In this document: piece after piece, positions 52,303-64,000 of the stretch
Position numbering within the stretch: position 1 is the stretch's first letter
How the letters are laid out: every line of letters starts with the position of its first letter
Source of the DNA: the human T2T-CHM13v2.0 reference genome, Homo sapiens
Assembly (NCBI RefSeq): GCF_009914755.1
Contig: NC_060927.1
Length of the DNA: 64,000 nt
Strand: one strand, 5' to 3'
Notes under the pieces: generated by a model
The model's input: only the letters and a program-made list of their open reading frames with translations
The model's database searches: none
What the model was told of the DNA's origin: nothing
Position numbers and translations under genes: made by a program

Positions 52303-53604
52303 TACTCTATTCTTTCCCTAAATAGAATGTTTTCAGGTTTTAGAATCAAGATCAATCTGCTTCCCCTAAATAATTGGTTCGCTTTAATTTATAGGTAGTT
52401 ACTTCTTTGTACAAAGTCCCATTTTATTTATCTTTGCCAATGATCTTATTGGAATGATGGGAAATAAATGAAATCTTAAGTTTTTCTTTGTATTCTTCCC
52501 TATAAGCTCTAAAAGCTTTTGGTACAAACATTCTCTTATTCCTCTTTAAATCCCTAAAGATAACCAGTGCCTAGGATATAGGATACAGTAAAATCTCAAT
52601 AATTTATTATCGAATGAACTAATAATAAAAAACATTGGAGCAAAAATATATAATGAAGGTTGTCCCCACAATAGAGCCTTCTTTTAATAAGTGTTACTAG
52701 GAGGTACAGCTTATGATTTTTTTTTTATTTTTGGTGCCTTTAAGCAAAAAGGGACATTTCCATGGAAAACTATAAGAAGAACCCTAAGTGCATGTGTTCT
52801 TTTCTTCTACTCAAGTTAGTGACACTCAAACCTGAGAATGAAGGCTGGCCATATGTGGTAGACAACAAACTGACCCAGTTCAATTTTCAGAGCTTTCACT
52901 TCCTACCAAAATTTCAGGCTTTCTTTGGAGTTAACTAACAGCAAATGTGACTGTCAGCTGAGAAGAAATTCCCCCAGTCTAAGTAGTTCACACCGGGAAA
53001 TCTTGATTTAGAAGGATTGGAATGAAGTGACATTTTTATGCTGTAGTTAGGATCATTCTGCCTATTTGTAAATTGCATTCATTCATTCATGAAAGCCAGT
53101 TTATCCAAGAACAATAAACCATCTGTCACACAGACTAGAAATATTCACATAGGCATGTAAAACACTATCTCTCCCTTTACTCAAACTACATGACAATACT
53201 ACTCAAGGTCAGAGAGCCAATGCAAACACGGACCATGAGAATGTACCTTCATAAAAATCAGGAACAAAGCTCTATTGAGTCTGTACATCTTTCCCTATAG
53301 TCAGGTCAATTGAGGGTCACATATTAGCTTAGTGAGTATTGAAATAAAACAAGGGTGTTTAATGGAATGTGTCAGAGATCGTGATCGAGATGTAATTGTT
53401 GCACCACAGTGACAGTCATCTCACTGGGAATGTACAAACTTAAAGTCTATTTCAGCCTGCCTTGTTTGCATTATCTACAACCCACATGTCCCTCTTCGCT
53501 TGTGTTCCTATTCCTCTCATTTGGGGAATGTATGGTATTAGAAGCGGCTGTGATTGAGAGGTTAAGGGGGAGGGGAGTTGTGGCAGTGATGAGAACAAAG
53601 ACAT

Positions 53605-53750
53605 GGCTAGTATTATCCTCATTTTACAGGTAAGGAAACTGATATACACAAATGTTAAGTAACTTGCTTGGGTCACTTCTCCAGCATAAGTGACAAAGTT
53701 GGGGGCGACTGCAGACTCTGTGCTCTTATTCTCCTGTGATACTGTACCCT
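53605..53750 (-). mobile_element. MIR
   Basis: TATTATCCTCATTTTACAGGTAAGGAAACTGA...GTTAAGTAACTTGC. Confidence 0.85.
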
Positions 53751-53906
53751 TACTGGATATGTAATGATGAAGCATCTTTACCTGAATGCTGCTAACCCCA
53801 GCCCCTTGGCCCCTATCTGTTACAACACTTTGTGTCACTATATAATCATATCCACATCCTCAGCACTGCTCAATCTCACTGCATTGTCTCACCATATGTT
53901 TTGGAC

Positions 53907-54035
53907 TTATTTATTTATTTTTAATAGAGGCAGGGTCTCACTCTGTTGCCCAGGCTGGTCTCAAACTCCTGGGCTTAAGCAATCTGCCCACCTTGGTCTC
54001 GCAAAGTGCTGAAATTACAGGCGTGAGCCGCCACC
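53907..54035 (-). mobile_element. FLAM (free left Alu monomer)
   Basis: Single monomer AGGGTCTCACTCTGTTGCCCAGGCTGGTCTCAAACTCCTGGGCT...GTGAGCCGCCACC with a (TTTA)n tail. Confidence 0.85.
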
Positions 54036-54459
54036 TGGGCTCCAGGGAAAATTAGAGTGCAGGAAAGTGGCCACGCCGTGTGTTTTTTGTTATCAGGAGG
54101 TTTATAGCTAAATAACTATCAAAAGTATCTTCAAACAGTGTTTGGCATCTGTTTCAAAATATTCAGTTCTTTCCAAAATTGTTCTAGTTGTGAAGTTTGA
54201 GAATTTCTTCATCATAATAACACCTCTTTATTGCCTATTTTCTTATTCTCTTTGGCTGAATTATAATCATTAGTATTAAATCATACCCAGACTTGGTAAT
54301 GGACTTGATATATATTATTTAAAGTTAGGCAGCGTGGAAAACAGAAACAGAAAACTTGGATTCTTGCTCAACTCTAGTTCTGAGTAATCTTAGAGAAGTA
54401 ATTTAACCCTCCAGCCGCCCATAAGGCACATTCCGAGGCTTCTAACACTAACAGTGAGT

Positions 54460-55215
54460 GGATGAAATACAGAGGGTCTGGCCCCTGCCTGTCTCTGTAA
54501 CCTCCACCAATATCACTCCTCCTCCCCAAATCCCCAGATTCCTACCCTTTAGGAACTTTGAGTTCCTTGCTGTTACTCAAATTTGCCAAATTCATATCTG
54601 ACTCAGTGCCTTTGTACTTGCTTTTCCCTCTGCCTGGAAGTCTCTTTCCCCAGGGACTTTGATAAATGACTCCTGCACAGGGTTCTCTGCTTACATATGC
54701 CTTCCTCAATGTGGCCTTTCCTAGCCTCCTGATCTAAAGCAGCACCTGACGCCCACCACTCTCTCTCCTTACCCTGTTCTGTGTTTTACCTCAGCACTTA
54801 TTGATAAAAACATCTTTTTTTTTTTTTTTTTTCCAAGACAGAGTTTCACTCTTGTTGCCCAGGCTGGAGTACAATGGCACAATCTTGGCTCACTGCAACC
54901 TCCACCTCCAGGTTCAAGTGATTCTCCTGCCTCAGCCTCCCAAGTAGCTGGGATTACAGGCATGTGCCACCATGCCCAGCTAATTTTGTATTTTTAGTAG
55001 ACACGGGGTTTCGCCATGTTGGTCAGGCTGGTCTCAAACTCCTGACCTCAGGGGATCCACCCACCTCGGCCTCCCAAACATATCTTATTAATTTAATTGC
55101 TTACTTATTTATGATCCATCTCCACTAATAGTCATGAGGATAAACTGTCTGATTCTTTGCTGCAACAGTGACTGGAATTTTGTAATTGCTCCAAAATCAT
55201 TTGTTGGATGAACTT
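54460..55215 (+). mobile_element. L2 3' fragment interrupted by an Alu
   Basis: CTCAGTGCCTTTGTACTTGCTTTTCCCTCTGCCTGGAA...GCCTTCCTCA...; ends ATTTGTTGGATGAA. Confidence 0.8.
54815..55078 (-). mobile_element. Alu (AluSp/Sq), 5'-truncated by about 35-40 nt
   Basis: GAGTTTCACTCTTGTTGCCCAGGCTGGAGTACAATGGC; stops at CCTCCCAAA. Confidence 0.95.
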
Positions 55216-55539
55216 TGAAGAATTAGTATGTTTCTCCGAAAATGACAAATCTTTGGAACCCTTATCCTTAGAGCCCACACCCAAAATCCCATTCTGGAAT
55301 TATTCTCTATAATACCAGAAATTAAATACTTTCTGCCAAGATAAAGTTTAAAAATTTTCCTTGAAACATTCTTGTCATTTTCTAATGGTATAATGAGGCA
55401 CTAATTATATTGATGTTTTGTCTTCCTGTGTCATATTAACAACTAATTTGCCCGGAAGATTAAAAAAAATCATGATAGCAATCTTTTATTATATTTCTAT
55501 CTTGTGTAAAGAATTAGTATAGACATGTATATATGGTAT

Positions 55540-55665
55540 TCCATGTCTTTCTTATAATGATGTGTAAGGCAAATTCAGATGATAAATTAAGTAACTTTCC
55601 TGGGGGCATTAAGCTAATATCTGTGAGATCCCATGTATTAGGTTTGAAAGCCCTTGTGTTTTTTG
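55540..55665 (-). mobile_element. MIR fragment
   Basis: AATTCAGATGATAAATTAAGTAACTTTCC...AAAGCCCTTGTG. Confidence 0.5.
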
Positions 55666-55699
55666 CCCCACTCTTTGATGATGTCTGATATCTTGTGGG

Positions 55700-56120
55700 T
55701 ATGGTAACCAAATCATCCATCATCAAAAATAAGGGTATTTCCAAAAGCCCATGAACAGGAGAATAGAGAGATGGCATGTGTATTTATAAATTCGAATGCT
55801 ACATAGAAGTAAAGAGGAACAAGCTACTGCTACACATAACAAAATAGGTGAGTCTCACAAGTGTTATGTTAAATGAAAGAAATCAGATATAAAAGACTCC
55901 ACACTGAGTGAATAAACAATACACGAAGTAAAATATGATGATGAAAGTCAGAAGTTTGGCTATTTCTGAGTCAGGAAAGAGACACAGGGAACCTCATTGG
56001 CACTGGAAATATTCTGACTTAATGTGTACACACATGCCTGTGTAAATAGGTAAAAATCTAAAGATGGACGCTTAGATTTATTTGTCTACTTTACTGTGAC
56101 TATATTCTACTTTAATAGAG
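55700..56120 (+). mobile_element. L1ME 3' end
   Basis: GAACAAGCTACTGCTACACATAACAA...GTGAGTCTCACAAGTGTTATGTTAAATGAAAGAAATCAGA...GAAAGTCAGAA...CTGGAAATATTCT. Confidence 0.8.
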
Positions 56121-58103
56121 AATCAGAATTGAACAAAAAGTTGAAGCCCAGCAAGTCAAGGTATTTGTAAAACAATGGTATAGAGCCGTTGAAATTAAGA
56201 TGGTCTGGGAAATTTAGGAGATGTGTGGCTGTATTTGTGGAAAACCTGGCAGACTGTCTAGATTGGAGTTCACAAGTGTCTCAGTAGCTGACAGCTGACA
56301 GGAAGATGGAACTAACCTCTGCCATCTGTCTGAAACCACCGCGAAAAAAAAAAAAAAAACCAAGCCATATAAAAATTTAGAGAAGTGCTTTGTTTTTCCT
56401 TGTCTGTTTGTCTGTTTTGCTTCAGACCCATGCCTGGAATTTAATGAAGCACTTTCTTCTCAAATCTGGCTTTCCTCCTGACCCTCCCAATTTCTCTCAA
56501 ACGGCGAGGAGAAAGAAGAAATACCCATCGACGTTGAATCATGTTTGGCGGAGAAATAAGCTTGTTTTACCACTGTTTGTCATTGGAATTATCTTACATT
56601 AAAAAGATTACAGTGAACACAGCAAGTCTTTTTCTTTTTTTAAATAACAAGTCATAAAAATGTCAACCCATTTATGCATGGAAATATCCTAGAGACCAAA
56701 AGGGATGTATCAGACCAAAAAAAAAAAAAGAAAGAAAACCCAGAAAGGAAAAACACTACATGAGAAAGAACTGGAGGTCTAAATTCTTTAGGAAGAGAGT
56801 ACATGTGACTATGGCAGGGTGGAGGTGGGGAGGGACAGTCACCCTGAAAATGACTTCAGGGTCTTAGGAGACAAATTCCAGATAGGCAACCTGCCCGAAA
56901 AGCTTTGATAAATGACATTTCTGCTAATACCAAATCAAAAGAAAAGATCAGTTTCCCCAGTGAATGAGGCTGAGCGAATCATACATCTGGGCGCTTTGGC
57001 ATGCCGAGTAAATGAAATCATCCAGAGAGTCTAAAGAGAGTTATGTCTCTGCGGCTGAGGCTTGTTTATGGAAAAATGAGTTTCGGGGCTTGGCTTTGCT
57101 TAGGCACAGAGCATTCTGAGCTGTGGGTACACTGGTTATTCTTTACAAAGTAGTTCTTGTCCTCAAGAGCAAGTGTCCTGATTTCAGGCCTCTGCGGGAA
57201 CTCAAAGTTTGGACCTATCAGTTTTCTTCATTTCCTGTGGGCTAGGCCACCACCCCTGTCGCAAAAAGCAGCTTTTAAAACTGCACCCTCAGTTCACTTG
57301 AATGCTGGTGCCTCATCCGAATAAGGAAGCCAAGAAACACACGAAGTGTATATGGGCTGGAAGCACAAAAATGTAGCAAGAAACGATGTGGCTATTTTAC
57401 AGCATAACTAGCCTCATTCATACTCCCCTCCACACACATAGACATCCCATAAAAGTAGAGTTGCCTCTCCTTTCTTAGAGGTAGACTGAGCTTTTAAGAC
57501 TCAGAGACTATAGGACAGATTACTTTCCAAGCTTGTTGCTGTGCAAGTTCCTATTCCCATATTATTCTCCAGCAGAAAAAAAACAAATTACTTATTGCCA
57601 TTTTCTTCATTCATCAAAAGCATTGTGTAAAACTAGGACAAAACTAGGACATAACACTTGATAAGAGCCTTTAATTATGTTTCTTTGTCCCAAGTCTCTG
57701 TGGAGAGTTTAGTATTTCCAGAATAAACTTGATGTGATACCAGGGGATATGAACTCTTGTTAATATTTGAGAGAACAAAAGAAAGAATTAAAATTGTATC
57801 AGGAATGATGAGAGAAGACATAGTGGGCAGGATTTGGAGTTGTGCGTCAAACATATAATTTGTGGCCCCTTTTTCCCTTCTTGGAAAACTTTTCTACTTT
57901 CTCTAAAGTATGCACAGTGAAAGTAACTCTAAGGAGACTTCCACTGGTCTATGCCCATTTCTTTAGTCTCTTTAGGTTTGCAAATAACAGCAAATATTTT
58001 TAGGGATGGAAATGAGAAAGAAGGGTGGAAGAGTTTGCGCTGTAGCCACAGAGAGGCTATCAGTGAGAATCACTACTGCTATGGGGGTATTTTGCTGACC
58101 TTT

Positions 58104-58471
<368 letters not shown>

Positions 58472-58819
58472 TGAGAAGGGGCATAGTTCTCCCTGACTCT
58501 GCTTTAAAACACATGAGGGTATGCAAGTAAGTAAACATTTCTCTTGTCCAATAAGGTTCACGGTGTTTGCAGACCCAATGAGTCCTAGCTAGCAGTTGTA
58601 GGGAACAAAGCTTATTAGGCTCATCCATGTTTCCTACATGAACTCCAGCTCCTCTCCATACCATCCTTCATTCACTTCACAGATATCTTACTATCACTGC
58701 AAGAACTCTCTTTGCAGTTCTTGAAGCACTTTGGGGTTCCAGAGTTTCCTAAAGAAGACAAATGTAGCTAATTAGGAAAATGTTAGCATCCTTGAGACAC
58801 TAATAAGGTATATGGGGCA

Positions 58820-58980
58820 CAGGAAATATGGTGCACATGGAACAATTCTGCCTGGGTTCAAAGCCCAGCTCTGCCCCTGCCAGCTGTGTCACCTTGCATC
58901 TTGTGAGGAATCAGAGATTATTTATACAAAGCGGATGTTCCAGGGCTAACCCATAGAAGATGTAGGAAATATTCATTTTC
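58820..58980 (+). mobile_element. MIR
   Basis: CTGCCTGGGTTCAAAGCCCAGCTCTGCCCCTGCCAGCTGTGTCACCTTG. Confidence 0.7.
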
Positions 58981-59964
58981 TTCCTTCTTTTCCATCCTTT
59001 TCCTCCCAACTTTGTGAAATTACCTGGAACTTAAATTCAGGAAGAACGGGTGCCCAAAGGGCATTCTGTCTTGTGTTCCCATGTTCCCACACTGTCAATA
59101 GAGGCTGCCCCTCACCACAGTCAGAGGGGACAAAGGAAGAGACCTTAGGGGCAGGCTTTCCAGGCTACACAATGTACTTTGCTCCTGGATATGTCTGTTG
59201 AAAGTTGGCAGGAGACAGCACAGTGGTGTCCTGAAGGTCAGTCTCAGATGGCTGTCTCATAGAGATGTTTCATAGAGGGTTCCTCTAACTGGCAGCTGCA
59301 ATTGGTTCCAAATAAATCTGTCTTACACAGAAGTGCAAGCAGCTCATAAGAGGAATAGATATGAAATAAAATGACCTCCAAGGCACATGGGAGAGGAAGC
59401 CAGATTGTGTGCTGCTTCCAGCCGTGTGTGCTTTGTACTCAGGAGTATCGCAGCAGGGTGGAGGAAGATAAAATCCAGAATTGGGAGAGTCAGGCCAGGG
59501 TTGCCCCCTGGGATGAATTATGGCTCTGTATTTCCCAAGGGGGCTGTATTAGGGCACAAGGGACATGTTCCTGCTCTGAGAAATGGAAAAAAAATGGAAT
59601 AGAAGTAAAAGAGCCCCAAGATACTCTGCAATTATTTTGTGCTCTTGAGTAATTTGAGGGCTCTGAACTTTCTCCATTGTAGATCAAAAGGTTTTAATTA
59701 GATATTCTGAGATCCCCTCTTGCACTTCTTTTCTGGAATTCCACGATGCCAAATCTCTGTGTCCCTTATACTAATGAGGAAATGACATCTTATGGATGAG
59801 CAAATGTCCTAATTAACAGTTAATATCAGTTGCATAAATAGCTCATTAATAATTTTTAAACTATTAGATTTATCTTACACCCACCCTAAAGGATAGTGAA
59901 CTTAATTTAACACATTTGATGAAGTTTGGCAGGTCTTGAGGAAGTATTTCAGATTTTACTTTTG

Positions 59965-60220
59965 GACACTTGACAGTTGAGAGCCATGAATGAGGAAAAA
60001 GACAGGTTTTCATGGAAACCCCAGCTCTGCTCCTTCCTCACCACGTGAACTCCAGCAAGTCACTTCACCTCTCTGAGGCTGTATTCATCATCTGTAAAGT
60101 GGGACTGATAACGATCCATACCTGATAGTAATGCTGTAGGTTAAATGAGAGAAAAATAGACAGCATATAGCACATGACACATAGGAAGTATTCAGTAACT
60201 ATTAACTGTTAATATCATTA
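59965..60220 (+). mobile_element. MIR
   Basis: CCCAGCTCTGC...GCAAGTCACTTCACCTCTCTGAGGCT...CATCTGTAAAGTGGG...TTAAATGAGA. Confidence 0.85.
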
Positions 60221-60344
60221 TCATCATCATTGCTGCAATCATTTTATCCACCACCAATGCAGTCCCTGCAGAGTCCTAGTTCAGATATTTCTATGGAGAT
60301 CCGGTAATAGCTCAGGCTTTTGTACCAGGCCCTTGTGTCTTCTT

Positions 60345-61715
60345 GTTCTATAATTCTCACCTAAATGTGCACCAGCTATAGTCTCTATCCCAGGGAGTCC
60401 CATATTTGGACATCCAGCCTGGAATTCTCTCTTAGGTTTCAGAGCTATATACGTAACTGATCTCTGGGATGTTCTACAGACCACTCAAAATCATAGTGTT
60501 TTAAAACTGAATTCATTTTCTCCTTGAATCGTCTCTTTTTTGTTTGTTTGTTTGTTTGTTTGTTTGTTTGTTTTTTGAGACGGAGTTTGCTCTTGTTGCC
60601 CAGGCTAGAGTGCAATAGCATGATCTCGTCTCACCACAACCTCCGCCTCCCAGGTTCAAGCAATTCTTCTGACTCAGCCTCCGGAGTAGCTGGGATTATA
60701 GGCGTGTGCCACCACACCCGGCTAATTTTGTGTTTTTAGTAGAGATAGGGTTTCGCCATGTTGGTCAGGCTGGTCTCAAAATTCTGACCTCAGGTGATCT
60801 GCCTGCCTTGGCCTCCCAAAGTTCTGGGATTACAGGCATGAATCACCGCGCCCGGCCTGCATCATCTCTTCTTTGTTGTTTCCTATTCTGGTAAATGTCC
60901 TCACCATCAAACCCAGGACCTTAGAGTCACACTTGGGTTCTCAGTTTCCCTCACTTTTTTCCTCTACCCCAACACTAAATCAAGTTCTGTTCATTTGACC
61001 TTCTAAAGAACTCTTTATTTCTAGTCCAGTCCAGGCCACTACTATCTCTCTCTCTCTTTTCTAAATTGCCGTAAGAAACTCCTAACTTATTTTTGTACCT
61101 CTAATCTTATCCTCCATGTAAAAGCAACAGTAATCTGTCTAAAATTCTTATAGTGATATGTATTGCTCATTCTAATAACTTATTAATAACCACCCCTTGC
61201 TCATAGGGTAAAACCCCAGTTCCTTAACTTGGCTTTCGAAATGATTTGTGCACCTCCACAACCTGACCTCTGCCTCTGCACTCTAATCATTTTCAACTTC
61301 CTTTGGCTATGAGAAATCCCCAGCTACTCTCTTGCTTCCCAATCTCCAGGCAGCCTGTTCTCTCCTTTTGATGCAAAAGTTTCCATCTGTTTTGTTTTCT
61401 TTTTGTTGTCGTTGTTTGTTTTGGTTTGGTTTTGTGTTTTGCACCAAGTAGCTCCTACTTATCCTCAGGTCTTGGCTTCAGTGTCATATTTTGGGACGGC
61501 TTCCCTGTCCCTCAAATCTGGTAGAACTGCCACTCCTCTGAGTTCCCATGGTACACATGGCCACTGATGGTACACATACCCCTTTGGATTACGTCTGTCT
61601 GTTTACTTCTTTGTCTGTACCAGACCGCCTACTCCATGAAGGCAGAACTCAAGTCTGTCTTGCCTGTCTTTGAGTCCCTCTGCCCCATGCTCATTAAGTA
61701 TATGGAAGTTGAATA
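60345..61715 (+). mobile_element. L2 3' region interrupted by an Alu
   Basis: CTCAAAATCATAGTG...GTCCAGGCCACTACTATCTCTC...CTCCTACTTATCCTCAGGTC...CTCCATGAAGGCAG...GTTGAATAAA. Confidence 0.8.
60539..60857 (-). mobile_element. Alu (AluSp-like) with a (TTTG)n tail
   Basis: GAGTTTGCTCTTGTTGCCCAGG...TCACCACAACC; degenerate TSD TGAATCGTCTCTT / TGCATCATCTCTT. Confidence 0.95.
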
Positions 61716-62331
61716 AAGATAGAAAATTTCTCTATTTGTTTCCAAAGACTTTGAGGTTCATCACTTCTTTACAGAGTCTGAGCGTCCCAGTGTTGTGTGG
61801 CTGCCATAGTCAAGTGCTTCCCTTTGTGCCCAAGCGAAAAAGAGAAGAAAAGAACTGTGCTGAGGCAGGAGGCCCCACACTTTTGGAACAGTCTACTCTA
61901 GCAATGCCTCCTTCTCCCCTCCCAAAAGACTGAAAAAGCTAGTAGGGTTTAAAGCCCAGACTTAAATGACATTGAACTATGCCCTATAAGACACCAATTC
62001 AGTTACTAGAGGGGTCAAGGTCAAAGTGGAATGTTTTGTGGAAAGAATAGAGATGTCATAAAACTTATAGAGTTGAGGAAATGAGTAGTTTTCTAGGAAT
62101 TTTAGAATTCTGAAAGAGATTCTTGAATTTCCTGTTCTTCCTCTTCCTTGTCACCTCTTCCCTGCCTTCATACCCTCAGCCATATATGTGGCTATGGCCC
62201 ACCAATAAGGATACTGGAGAAGTCCTGTCATAGAAACTCACCAAGAGAGCACTTCCACTTCTCCCCTTGGGTCCCTGCTCTAAGTCTTTGCATCTTTGCT
62301 CTTCTGGTTTTGTCACCTGGCTTCTGACAAT

Positions 62332-62772
62332 TCTTTAGGCCAAAAACTCCCTAGAAGCAGGGTTCAAGATGGGAATTCTTATGCACGTGATCTATTCAGG
62401 GAGTACTTCCAAGAGAAATCTATAAGAAAGTGAGAGAAATAGGACAGAGAAGGGGAAAAAACTCTAGGCAAAGATGTGGTTTCAGATGAAATCTATCTTT
62501 ATTCTTCATCCTTACCCTCTGGAGGGTAAACTGTACCACAGAGCCTGCCCTATCTTAAGATGAAGAAATGAATCCTGTGCTGGTGAGTCATTGGATCAGG
62601 GCTGCCCCAGGTGGGAACAGAAGGAGTCAGGACACCAACTCCTGACACTACTGGGCTAGGCAGCTCCTGTTGCCCAAGGACACTTCCCTGGATGAGACTG
62701 CAGATGTGAGATGTTAGCAAAAGCACCCACAGCTGCTGGTAAGAGGTAAGCAGAGATTTGGCTGGGACTACA
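62332..62772 (-). mobile_element. LTR16C-like solo LTR (ERVL)
   Basis: TCCCTAGAAGCAG...GGCAAAGATGTGGTTTCAG...AGTCATTGG...GGCAGCTCCTGTTGCCCAAGG...CACAGCTGCTGG...CTACA. Confidence 0.75.
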
Positions 62773-63319
62773 GGTCCTTTGTTTTCTGTTGGCAACTCGT
62801 TATGACCTTCTTCAGCTACAAGTCCTGGACAAGTGTGTTGTTTCTGGAAACCTCTGGTCAGTCCAGCAGCCTCTTCTCCTTCACACTCCACCCCAACCTT
62901 CCATATTTCCTGATATTATAGTTCTTTGTGAATGCTAAAATCATGATTCGTGACCCAACCATGTTCCTTGTCAGAAGCAAGGTGGGAGAAACAAATTAAG
63001 ATGTTGCCATTACCACTCCCAGCTAGAACCACAAAGCAGAGACATTGCTAAGTATTTGTATTGCACAAAGAGTTATGCCTGACAGCAGTAAAATAGTAAG
63101 TTTTTATTAATGGGAGGGAGAAACTTGGTTATGCCCTTCATAAGAGTCTTAACTATGGGAAGAGTGATTGTGTATCCTTATGGAATGGAGAACAGTGGCC
63201 TCTGAGCACCTGCTTAGACCAGGTGACTAGTTCCTCATGACTCAATAGGTAAATGAGATGAACTTTGTGTAATCTTTCATGCATACCATTCATGTGATAA
63301 TGTGGTAAATGGGTGGGGC

Positions 63320-63500
63320 TATCACCAGACAAATTTTGTTTTACATTCTAGTTTCATAGCTCATCAGCTGTTACAGCTTGGAAAAGTTACTCACTTTTTG
63401 GAGACTCATTTATAAAACAGAGAGAGTACATACGTTGCAAAGTTGTTATGAAATTAAACACCACCTGGCACATAGTAGGAACTCAATAAATGAAAGTCAT
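63320..63500 (+). mobile_element. MIR
   Basis: CTTGGAAAAGTTACTCAC...GTTGTTATGAAATTAAA...CCTGGCACATAGTAGGAACTCAATAAATG. Confidence 0.75.
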
Positions 63501-64000
63501 CATTCTCAGATTATTTCCTTCTACAGAAATAAAAACTAGAGGGGTGTGGGTGTTCAAGTGGGTATTGAAGTTGGAGTGGCAGAGAGACAGGGTTGGGGGA
63601 GAATATGTGCACTAGTGCTCAATTATTATTGTTCTGTTTAAACACCTATTACTTTATGAAATGCAACAATTTTTACATGAAACGTTATGATTATCTATAC
63701 TTTAAAGAACCAGAGACCAAGAAATAGTTTGTTGTTTTTTTCTCTGTAGAGATCTGTTGATGAATATTAATGACACTCTTTACTCTCCTGCATACTTGCA
63801 AAGCTACAGGGAAACCAACTAATGCAAGTTCTAGGTTGAGGCAGTATCTGAGGTTCTTGTTGATCCCATTTCCCGTCCACCTAGCTCTTTCCAGAAAAGC
63901 CTATTCCAACATGGAAAACAGATGAAAATATCAGCTCCTTACTGAGCAGAATCAGTCCTGCCTCCTCCGGATTCTGGGGAATGGACTCAGGTCTTGGGTC

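Noticed and set aside
53620-53640. TTTTACAG|GTAAGG splice-like signal
   Set aside because: Part of the MIR core consensus; no supporting exon structure.

Overview
Primate (very probably human) non-coding genomic DNA: AT-rich, CpG-poor and dense in interspersed repeats. I see no protein-coding gene, RNA gene, CRISPR array or CpG-island promoter. The ORF-track entries are Alu, L1 or MaLR relics or chance short ORFs. Contents: 12 Alu-family insertions; several L1 fragments (L1PA, L1MA, L1MC, L1ME); a near-complete HAL1; two complete MaLR elements (MST-type and THE1C-type); solo LTRs (MLT1A/C, LTR33, LTR41, LTR16); DNA-transposon relics (MER5, MER58B, MER94, Tigger3 and others); and many MIR, L2 and L3 relics. 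Subfamily names come from remembered consensus sequences and need RepeatMasker/Dfam confirmation; boundaries of old repeats are approximate. Most notable observations: a probable fossil L1 3' transduction (43905-45708); an L1 5' half with an inverted ORF2 piece joined tail-to-tail (23900-27632); a 34-bp-stem hairpin in unique DNA (30236-30309); an ancient RTE-like LINE whose reading frame rejoins when a nested L1 is removed; and a few motif-dense unique stretches that may be enhancers. I found no convincing new multi-gene biological system.
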